NCBI GenBank assembly: GCA_964016885.1
Contig: OZ024754.1
Coordinates: 24,800,001 to 24,864,000, forward strand
DNA from: Eledone cirrhosa
Taxonomy: Eukaryota
Length of the DNA: 64,000 bases
Reading direction: 5' to 3'
The notes beneath the pieces were generated by a model. It did no database searches. It was not told where the DNA came from and saw only the letters and a list, made by a program, of their open reading frames with translations. Of this stretch, positions 49,150 to 58,793 are shown in pieces; the stretch's first letter is position 1; the number at the start of each line of letters is the position of its first letter. A program made the translations under genes and the position numbers.

Positions 49150-49830
49150 TACAACACTCATACACTCACACACACTCACCTATGCACTTGTACATAGATG
49201 CCACACATGCATACATGCATGCGCGCACGCACACACATCTGCACACACTTACATACAGACGTACTCGCACAAAGACACACACATATAGTCGCACACGTAC
49301 CCACATCGACATGTACATACACACTGTCACACATAGGGACGTTCTCACACACACGCACTCCACACACTAGCACACACACAATAGCACACACACAAGCATT
49401 CACACACTAGCACACCCACGCCACACACACATAAGCACTCACACACTAGCACACACACACAAGCACTCACACACTAGCACACACACACTAGCACGCACAC
49501 ACACGCACGCTCGCACACACACACACGCGCGCGCAGGCTCGCACACACACACACACATAAGCACTCACACACATGCACACACGATACACACTCACACACC
49601 AGTACGTTGACCTATAAGCCCGCATACACATACAATCACTCACACGCAAGCACACACACACACGCACTCACACGCAAGCACACACAAGCACTCACACACA
49701 TACAAGCACTCACACACTAGCACACACACAAGCACTCACACACTAGCACGCACATGCGTCACAAGCACTCACACACACATAGACATACACATTCACACAC
49801 CAGTGCGCTGACCTCCAAACACACATACAT
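49150..49830. repeat. Degenerate (CA)n-rich region
   Basis: Read directly. Confidence 0.85.
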
Positions 49831-49899
49831 GTAGACATCAGGAATTTAATGAAGCGTGGATCAATGTACACGTGTAAAAATAAAAATGCATTTTACAGA

Positions 49900-50263
49900 G
49901 GTCCAACAGACCATGTCACAGAATTCCAATAGACCATGTCACGGAAGTCCAACAGACCATGTCACGGAAGTCCAACAGACAATGTCACAAAAGTCCAACA
50001 GACCATGTCACAGAAGTCCAACAGACAATGTCACGGAAGTCCAACAGACCATGTCACGGAAGTTCAACAGTCCATGTCACAGAAGTCCAACAGACCATGT
50101 CACGGAAGTCCAACAGACCATATCACGGAAGTCCAACAGACCATGACACGGAAGTCCAACAGACCATGTCACGGAAGTCCAACAGACCATGTCACGGAAG
50201 TCCAAAAGACCATGTCACGGAAGTCCAACAGACCATATCACGGAAGTTCAACAGACCATGTCA
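49900..50263. repeat. 23-bp minisatellite GTCCAACAGACCATGTCACGGAA (about 16 copies)
   Basis: Read directly. It explains the overlapping periodic ORFs at 49856-50354. Confidence 0.95.
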
Positions 50264-50752
50264 CATATATATATATACTGCTGCTATGCCCTTATCTCTG
50301 ACCACCTCCCCGCACACACAGACACACAACCCTCCTCCTGCCTTGACCCTCTGACCACTTCCTGTTCCGCGCACACCCCACATCTCTCCTCTTCCGAACA
50401 ACCACGGATTACACATATTGAACATAGATCCCTAGAATCCACCACATCCCAAGGATATTACCCAGCATTCCACCACATCCTCTACGGAACTACCTTAAGG
50501 ACTCACCCACTGACATACACTCAAAAAAAAATTTTCGCACACGCCACCTACATCCACAACACGCATAAACACCACACACACACGTGCGTGCCACCATATA
50601 TTTACACACTCAGCCTCCGGAATACTCTCCCCCCACCCATCTGACCCCTCCCCATCCACACACGCAGACACACACCGACCTACACCCCACCCCCACACAC
50701 ACCTCTTCCTGAACATGCAACCCCGTTCTTCCCCCAACTCTTACTTTCACAC

Positions 50753-50790
<38 letters not shown>

Positions 50791-51040
50791 ACACCTACAC
50801 ACACACACCACCTCCAGCCCTCCCTGCTCGAACACCCCGCCTCCCTCTCCCCACTCCACCCGCCACCACCCCTACACGCCCCACACCCTTCCACCACCTG
50901 TTTTACTTCATGTTTATTTTTATTTTTATTATGCTTTTATATTTAATTTCATTTGTACCGTTTCCTCTCACCCCCTTTTTTCTATATGTCTCTCCACCAC
51001 TCCCCTACACACCCTTGGAACTCTCTTCCCACACACTTTT

Positions 51041-51074
51041 CACCTGAAGAAGGGATTATGCCCGAAACGTCGTT
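51041..51074 (+). ncRNA. Minimal hammerhead-like motif at the 3' end of a probable PLE remnant (about 50280-51160)
   Basis: CUGAAGA-a-GGG auuaug CCC-GAAA-CG-UC. The core is canonical, helix I has only 2 bp, AATAAA lies at about 51110 and (TA)n at 51163. Confidence 0.55.
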
Positions 51075-51185
51075 CCCCACCACCACCCCACTCTCAAGAG
51101 CGTGAAACTAATAAACCTTTGTTCGCACTGCCTCTCTGTTTTGTTCCCGTTCAATTTTTTACTATATATATATATACATATATAT

Positions 51186-52677
51186 GCAAAAATAAGGACT
51201 ATTCTTTAACTTGGGAAATAATTTCAAAGCACCCGCATACTGAAACACAGCTTTATCTAGATTTTGCAAATTGTGTGTTGAGGAATTTTTTTTCGTACGT
51301 AAATGTAAGAACTCTATTAATATAAGGACGAATTTATTTAGTTCTTGTAGACATCGCCTGAATTCAACGTTTAGAACTATATATAAATGATAATTACACT
51401 TATAATATTTCTACTTATTTCCATAACAATCTTATCCCCTTGGTTTTAATATATTGATATCTCTAAATCATATCTATAACATTTGCTATAATTTCACTTC
51501 TTAAAGTTTCTTAAAATATATACATATATAATTCTAATTTTTTTAATTTTAATTTTAATTTTAATCTTAATAATTTTTAATTCTTTATTTTTATTTCTTT
51601 AATTTTTTATCTACTTTTAAAAATTACTTTTTTTTTTTTAATTACTTATCTCTTATAAATTATTATTATTATTATTTTTTTTTAAATTTTCCCGAATTTT
51701 TTTATTTTTTTAATTTTCCCGAATTTTTTATATTTTTTCAATATCTTTTATAAACACTAACTAATTCTGGCTAAATATATCTTTAACTTTTATACTTATT
51801 TTGACAAAATAGTCTCATACTAACGAATAAATAAACAAAACTGGAGTTTTTTCCGTATTTTCCCATTTTAAAATATATAAAATATATAAATATAAATATT
51901 CTTATTAACTCAGTTAACTTAATTTAATTTAACTTACATTAAATACAAAACCAATATCCCTCATAACTCATTAAAACAATTATCTATAACACGATATACC
52001 CATCTATTCATTTATTTATCTATTAATCCATTGTATCCATTTATTGATTTATCTATTTACTTATTTATTTATTTATTTAGTTAGTTATTTTTCAAATCTA
52101 TTCTTCTATCTATTTATTTTTCTATCTACTTATACCAGTAAATATTATATTAGAAAAGAATTTTAACAATTAATTAATCGTAAATACACGTACCATTGAA
52201 TATATTTCCCCCAAATTACGTTATGTGAGTTTTATTCATCCTCTTGTTAATTTCTTCTCTCTATCTCTCTCGTAATATTTTTTTCTCTCTCTTTTTTTTC
52301 TTCTCTCTCTCTTTCTCCAGTGTCATTTAAATAAACGGTTGTTTTTCAATTATTTACATATGTATATTCACACATAAGTTTGAATAATCCCTAATATATT
52401 TCCACTATCCAGTGAATTTCCTATTGATAAGGTATGATTTTCATGGGTATGTCTCTATTTATAAAACAAACTTTGTATTTTATCTGATGAAAGCGTACCA
52501 ATGCTGGCTTGGTTGCCGTTGAAATATATATAATAAAATAAATATGGTTTTATAAATATAGTTTCTATTTATTTAATATCATTGAATATTTACTCCAGTA
52601 ATTTGTTGAGTGCTCTAAATCAGCTATAAGCATTTTTATTTGTCGGACTTCCAACAAATTAAATACCACTTCTACTT
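51186..52677 (+). mobile_element. 5'-truncated Naiad-like PLE: frameshifted GIY-YIG C-terminus (51186-51390), AT-rich 3' UTR and HHR, bounded by (TA)n on both sides
   Basis: Manual translation gives KNKDYSLTWEIIS / SRFCKLCVEEFF / INIRTNLFSSCRHRLNSTFRTIYK*. This parallels the C-terminus of the intact ORF (KNIKYTIFWKKIS..SKICNLCLNEKF..INRRSDLFSICLHKFHRTFHKVYS*). Confidence 0.8.
52477..52539 (+). ncRNA. Type I hammerhead ribozyme
   Basis: AUUUUAU-CUGAUGA-[helix II including ACCAA/UUGGU]-GAAA-UAUAUA-UA-AUAAAAU. Helix I has 7 bp, the core is canonical and helix III is palindromic. Confidence 0.8.
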
Positions 52678-52963
52678 ATATATATATATATATATATACA
52701 TATATTGATTGTATATAAATGACTGATTGTATATAACTATATATATATATATATACAACCAGTCATTTTTATATGCATGTATATATATGTGTGAATGGTC
52801 GGCCATTATGTACGTATGTTTACTTACATACATGTTTATATACATTCTTGTCGTGTGTGTATTTTAATATTCCTATCCAATCTCTCCTCACCTTTCTCTC
52901 TCTCCCTCTCTCTTTCTTTCCCTCTCTTACCCGCTCCCCTCCCTGTCTCTCACTCTCTCTATG

Positions 52964-52966
<3 letters not shown>

Positions 52967-53013
<47 letters not shown>

Positions 53014-53205
53014 TACATACAAAAATGCATACATACATACATACATACATACATACATACATACATACATACATACACACACACATACATACATACATAC
53101 ATACATACATACATACATACATACATACATACATACATACATACAAACATACATACATACATACATACATACATACATACATACATACATACATACATAC
53201 ATACA
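52967..53205. repeat. (TA)n followed by (CATA)n microsatellite
   Basis: Read directly. Confidence 0.95.
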
Positions 53206-53991
53206 GCCACACATGTGTTTGCGTGTGCAAAATATATAATTAGATTATTCTTTTTTTTATATAGTAATTATATGATATTTATTTGTTACTATTTAGCGTA
53301 TATAATTCACTCGGCTACCATATTAGAGTTTTTGTCATCAGGTGATCACCCCCACCGCCCACCACCACCACTTGACGATTAACTTTATACACAAACTAGA
53401 TACCATTCCACCCTCCTCCTCCCCCTCCTTCTCCCTATTTTTCTTTTTCTTTGTCGTCCTGTTCTATATTTCTTCTTTTTCTTCAACTTTATTATTATTG
53501 TTTTGGTTCCTCGTCCCTTTTTACCCCTTTCTTTGTGTATTCTTTGCCCCCTTTTTTATTTCCATTTCTTAAATTCTTCTTACCTTTTTTTTTTGGTTTG
53601 TTTATATACTGGTTTTGTTATATTGCTAAAGTCTAAAGATTCATATTATTGTGTGTGAAAATAGAGAAAAAACTACGAAATATATCAGTGAAAATAACAC
53701 AAAAAAAAGCTAGGTAATATAAGATTGGAAAAAGTAGATGAGTGAATGTGAAATCATAGACTACGTTTGTTTACTGGTGAAGAAGAAATTTACTGAGAAA
53801 CCTTCCTGTTGAGATAAGACAAGAATAGTTGCCTACAATATGTAAATGCTTTAAGACTAGAGAGAAAAAATTACAACAAAACAAATATTTCACGATGTTA
53901 GTGAACTGTTGGGTGAAGTACACACTTGTATGATATATTAGTGGCTCGTATCCTACTACAGGTGGTATTCCAAGCCCATCTCATGTGATAG

Positions 53992-54110
53992 CGAGTAGCT
54001 AAGTGGTTAATATGTTCGTAAAGTCGTCAATTCGGTTCCCGGGGGTGCGTTGTATCCTTAATCAAGACACTTTATTTCACGTTTCTTTAGTCCATGTGTT
54101 TGTGAAATGC
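53992..54110 (+). mobile_element. Decayed tRNA-head SINE fragment (second family)
   Basis: A-box-like TAGCTAAGTGGTTAA followed by GGTGCGTTGTATCCTTAATCAAGACACTTTATTTCACG, which resembles common SINE body motifs. Confidence 0.5.
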
Positions 54111-54498
54111 TCAGCCACTTACGTATTAATTTCACGAGCAAACTGGAACACTGGTCGTCGGAACAAACAGAGTTCAAGCATATATGACAGAGTTTAAAAA
54201 ATAAGATTTTAAAAGAAAATCTACACTTGGCTGGAAAGCATATTTCAGCAGTGCCCAACGGACAAGTTGATGAAAATATCGGCCCTTTCAGTGCTTTTAT
54301 CCAAGCAGAGTAAACAAAAACGGGAGTCTGGGAACGGAGAATACCGACGGTCTGCATGGTAACCAATACAAAATAGAATCTGTCCATTAATATCTGGTAT
54401 TTGGTCTGATACAACATAAGTAAAGGTTGTTATATCAAACATAGTTAATCTGACAGTAAAGTCAAACATACATTGTTGTTGTTATTTGGCAGTATCAC

Positions 54499-54690
54499 GG
54501 GCTGTGGATTGGCAGGATCAGTAGAGGGTCGGATGCTACGCTTTGCAACATAGTTATGGCACTTTACGTTCTGAATTAAAATCCCGCCGAGGTTAACTTT
54601 GCCTTTCATCTTTACGGGGTCGATAAAATAAAGTACCAGTAGTGCACTGTGTAATTGCTGGCCTTGTGCCAAAAGTAGAAACAATTATTA
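54499..54690 (+). mobile_element. SINE copy, same family as 44013-44206
   Basis: Shares AAATCCCGCCGAGGTTAACTTT, AAAGTACCAGTA and GCCTTGTGCCAAA..TAGAAACAATT with the other copy. Confidence 0.75.
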
Positions 54691-55497
54691 ATTGTAAATA
54701 AGTTTATATAATTACTATATAGTTATGGTATTCTATGTATATAAAGGTACTTGTTAAAGACATTTGAATCATTATAAACCTTGACAGTTGCAGCGTGTGT
54801 CACTGGCCATTGTCCACGGAAATGCCTTTGCCATTTTGTCCGCGGACGCAGCCAAAACACCGCTCTGAGACCTAGTTGTAAAGTCTGTTACCCTCTCCCC
54901 TTCCTCTTTTCTTTCTTCCTTTGTCTATTCGTCCTTGCTCTTCTCCTCCTTTTCCTCTCCTCCATGGCATTTATAATCCTTTCCAATACTGCTTTCTTTT
55001 TCTGTATATTTAATTCCTTAAAATATACAATGAAGTCTCCATTGATTCCGTGAAATTGTAAATGACAACATATAAAACTGAACCAACATGTAGTAAAAGA
55101 CTATAAGGGAAAATATTTTCAAAGTACCATTCTAAAAACTAAAGACAAACACCTGTAAGTAGAATGATGAAATATGTGTCAAACAACATGCCTAATTATC
55201 GCGTATCAATATATATTGAAAAGACGTTCGTTTTATTTGATAGAATTCGATGATTCATTCACAACTCCTGACACACAACACAAAATAGTTTCTGGATATC
55301 GACAGAAACAGATTGAAACATACACTTATCTGCTAAACTAGTACATTTTATATATGTTTGGGAATGTGTGTGTAATCATATATGTCGAAACGGCCGGAGC
55401 TCCTGAATATTTTCATATATATATATATATCATATCGCCTTTTGGGATTCTTTCTCACGTCGTGTAGACGCGTTCTTGAGACTAGTAAAATGAGGTA

Positions 55498-55585
55498 TCC
55501 TCTTGATAAGTCGGCAGACCTCGCAGGGACTCTATATCTTTGATATATTGTTTTTGTTTATGCCACGAAACTACGTAGTCGAGGA
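55498..55585 (+). ncRNA. Type I hammerhead ribozyme with a U3-A8 core variant
   Basis: UCCUC-UUGAUAA-GU(c)GGCA...UGCCAC-GAAA-CUACGUAG-UC-GAGGA. It lies in a segment of about 230 bp between two (TA)n runs. Confidence 0.7.
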
Positions 55586-55733
55586 ATTTAGGAGCAGTTT
55601 AGGTATGATACATTTTATTACTAATTATATCTAAATGTTTCTTCTCTCTTCATAATGTATATATATATATATATATATTTCGTTTCTGAATTTGCTTAGC
55701 AAGATTCTTTATCTGAAAACGTGTGTTGAAACC

Positions 55734-55937
55734 GATATTGTTATGCTTTGGGAGGGTCATGTTGCCAATAAGAAACACACGCACCAGTTGCTTTCACTTC
55801 AATTTATTATAAATTAAATTTATAAATTTAGGAATTTATAAATTTATAAATTCCTAAATTTATAATAAATTGAAGTGAAAGCAACTGGTGCGTGTGTTTC
55901 TTATTGGCAACATGACATTCCCAAAGCATAACAATAT
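55734..55937. repeat. Loop-less palindrome of about 200 bp centred at 55842/55843
   Basis: The centre reads GGAATTTATAAA|TTTATAAATTCC. The arms are reverse complements apart from a 13-nt insert in the left arm and a few mismatches. Confidence 0.9.
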
Positions 55938-55961
55938 ATATATATATATTTATATATATAT

Positions 55962-56286
55962 ATATCACATAAGAAACGGAGAATCAGTGGTGCTACGAAT
56001 AAGATTTATTAGACATATTACAATCGTTTCTCTGGCGATCAGCTCGAGGCACGATTGATGCAATGATTAAACCTGACTTAGAAATCGCAAGACCCTCAGA
56101 TATGTCTCGATTCTACGAAGCAGTTTCCAAAATGGAATCGAGACATAACCGAGGATCTTGCGATTTCAGAGTCAGGTTTGATCGTTGCATCGATCGTGCC
56201 TCGAGCTGGTCGACAGAGAAACGATTGTAATATGTCTAATAAATCTTATTCGTAGCACCACTGATTCTCCGTTTCTTATGTGATAT
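55962..56286. mobile_element. 325-bp fold-back element (arms 55962-56114 and 56134-56286) with an HHR-like motif in each arm (56012-56106 minus, 56142-56236 plus)
   Basis: Helix I is GACAUAU/AUAUGUC. The cores are CUGAGGG and CCGAGGA (joint consensus CUGAGGA). Helix II is long, closed by UCU/AGA and GCGAU/AUCGC, and is followed by GAAA-CGAUUG-UA. The flanks are TA-rich. Confidence 0.8.
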
Positions 56287-56377
56287 TATACTCTGCTCTG
56301 TAAGAGCATCGAGTGCTCAAACGGCATACCGCTTACGGACGCTTTAAGCAACCCACACCAATTATATATATATATAT

Positions 56378-57634
56378 AAAGAATTCGAAGTTGGAAAGCT
56401 ACGACAATGCGGGTTTGGACAGAAATATTAAAACGCAAGGGTTGGGTTTTTTTTAACCTTAATTTTTTCATATGTCCTGATATTTCGAGAGTAATATCTC
56501 TTCTTCCGAGGAAAATAAAGGAACTATTCCAGTATCTGATGTGGCTTGCTATACCAGGCTGGCCGGAAGTGGCTTTATTATTTAATTATTTGTTTTTTGT
56601 TTGTTTGTGTTTTTTTTTGTTTTCTAACCCTTTTTGTGTTAAAATTAAGGTCTGGACAGGTCAAAAGAGGCACAGAGTTATTTCCCTTTAAATTTGCTTA
56701 GACGCATATATATTAATACGTGCTGACACACACTTGTGTGCATACCTGTGTGTGTGTAAGCACGCATGGATGGAATGATGTAAACACATGGATGCATATA
56801 CACGATTTCTCCCAGATGGATAATGTGGTCGTAAGAGGGTCTATGTGTGCCCTATTACGTAGAGTCCTGTAGACTTCTACGTTAGTTATTGTGTGCTTAG
56901 TTCTAGTCTGATTTGCGGGGGTGTTCTGGCTATGATTAATGCTACCTTAATTCTGAGATTGCCGAAGTTTCTTTCGTTTCAACCTTAACTGTTAATTTTT
57001 GGTGGTGGTGGTGGGGGGGGGGGCATTTCTCTAAGTGTTTCTTGAATGAGGAAGCATTAGTGTTAATGTGTTCCTTAAACCTGATATGTAGGTGTCTGGT
57101 GGTGCTACCTATATAGAAGTTGTCACATTTATCACACTGGACTCTGTATACGGCGTATGTCTGTGTTATCGATGGGGCAGGTGGCCAGCGTGCAGCGTCA
57201 GTTGTGTTCTCTAGGTCGTCTCCTAGATAGTTGTCCGGGTAGTGAGGGCCCCGAGAGAGCTAGTTGTAAGTCTAGCTCTTCTCTTCGGATGACGCTGCTG
57301 TGGATGGCTGTTGTTGTGTCATCACTGAAATGTGGGAGCTTCAGGAAGCAGGTGTTGGTTGAGTTCGTGCTTCGAATGTGGTGTTTCCCTCTTAATGTTA
57401 ACACAAAAGAGGTTAGAAAAAAAAATAATAATAAAACCACTTCCGGCCAGCATGGTATAGCAAGCCACATCTGACACTGGAATAGTTCTTTTATTTTCCT
57501 CGGAAAAAGAGATATTACTCTCGAAATATCAGGACATATGAATAAATTAAGGTTAAAAAAACAACCCCTGTTTCTTGCGTTTTAATTTTTCTGTCCAAAC
57601 TTGCATTGTCGTGGCTTTCCAATTTCGAATTCTT
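56378..57634 (-). mobile_element. 5'-truncated, decayed PLE of a second lineage with inverted terminal pLTR copies (56378-56583 and 57428-57634)
   Basis: The inverted arms are about 205 bp, each with a minimal HHR-like motif (56475-56512 minus, 57497-57534 plus). A GIY-YIG remnant lies between them. Confidence 0.8.
56900..57390 (-). pseudogene. Frameshifted PLE linker plus GIY-YIG endonuclease
   Basis: Manual translation gives FLKLPHFSD..CTLATCPI / YAVYRVQCDKCDNFYIGSTTRHLHIRFKEHINTNASSFKKHLEKC / NLRIKVALII, with an in-frame stop and frameshifts. Confidence 0.85.
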
Positions 57635-57700
57635 TTTACCATATACAATACTTCAAGTAAACTACAAATTCCTTCTTTACACACACACACACATACACAA

Positions 57701-57705
<5 letters not shown>

Positions 57706-57772
<67 letters not shown>
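57706..57772. repeat. (TA)n, left flank of the intact PLE
   Basis: Pure TA run. Confidence 0.97.
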
Positions 57773-57775
<3 letters not shown>

Positions 57776-57897
57776 GTAGGAGGTAGTACAATGTAGTACA
57801 ATAAAGCAATGCAGATATCGGATAAGAAGCACTCTACAGTTTGTGGGACTGGAGTATGCATAATATAAGATCAAAAGATGGTTAAAGGAGTTCAATA

Positions 57898-57968
57898 TAT
57901 TTTATTATGCGCATTTCAAAAACAAACATCATCATGCAATAATATTTGTGTTTTCATCAGATAAAATA
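57898..57968 (-). ncRNA. Hammerhead ribozyme in the inverted pLTR
   Basis: Reverse complement of 58519-58589. Confidence 0.85.
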
Positions 57969-58518
57969 GGAGAACATGATATGAAGGCTAAAAAACACTT
58001 GTGGATAGTGCAGTTTTAAATCAACATATGAAAAGTGGTATTAGATTGATGTGTGATATTGGGAAAAATATTTTATTTAAAACAATATATCTTTTTCTCA
58101 GTTATAAAAACTATCTCTTTCTCTCTATCACCCATCTCTCCCTCTCCACCTTCACTCTCATCTCCTCCCCCTTTTTTTCATCCTTTCCACCCCCCCCCCC
58201 CTCCCTAAATAAAATATTTTTTCCTCGCACATATCCTCCCTTCGTTAATTTTCAAAATTTTTAATTTATACAATATCTTCCAGCGGTTTTCAACCTCTCT
58301 ATGTAAAAAATATATCTCCTCTCAGTTATAAAAACTATCTCTTTCTCTCTATCACCCATCTCTCCCTCTCATCTCCTTCCCTTTTCATCCTTTCCCCCCC
58401 CCCTCTCTAAATAAAATATTTTTCCCAATATCACACATCAATCTAAAACCACTTTTCATATGTTGATTTAAAACTGCACTATCCACAAGTGTTTTTTAGC
58501 CTTCATATCATGTTCTCC

Positions 58519-58589
58519 TATTTTATCTGATGAAAACACAAATATTATTGCATGATGATGTTTGTTTTTGAAATGCGCATAATAAAATA
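58519..58589 (+). ncRNA. Type I hammerhead ribozyme in the 5' pLTR (predicted cut after 58581)
   Basis: UAUUUUAU-CUGAUGA-[long helix II including ACAAAUA/UGUUUGU]-GAAA-UGCGCA-UA-AUAAAAUA. Helix I has 8 bp, the core is canonical and helix III is palindromic. Confidence 0.88.
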
Positions 58590-58793
58590 TATGGAACTCC
58601 TTTAACCATCTTTTGATCTTATATTATGCATACTCCAGTCCCACAAACTGTAGAGTGCTTCTTATCCGATATCTGCATTGCTTTATTGTACTACAATAAA
58701 ACTCACCTCCTACATTAACTTGCTCCTTAACGGTTGAGCGCTTACTCTCATATTGGATACCTTTTGATGGTCCTTCACCTCTTCTTCTACAAC

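Noticed and set aside
47177-49157. Gly/Asp/Ser-rich 657-aa and Val/Met-rich 645-aa ORFs
   Set aside because: These are translations of a trinucleotide-derived repeat with no non-repetitive coding context.
49900-50263. CRISPR-like or coding 23-bp repeats
   Set aside because: No spacers. The periodic ORFs in all frames are artefacts.
52716-52770. Small hairpin AAATGACTGATTGTATA / TATACAACCAGTCATTT around a TA run
   Set aside because: It is real but short and imperfect. No element or function can be assigned.
45150-55053. Numerous short ORFs rich in YI/HT/CV or Phe/Leu
   Set aside because: They are translations of microsatellites and pyrimidine tracts, with no recognisable host exon.
55265-55402. 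Possible further hammerhead (CTCCTGA ... TGTC-GAAA-CGGCCG-GAG)
   Set aside because: The core is incomplete and the UH cleavage site is missing, so it is too decayed to call.
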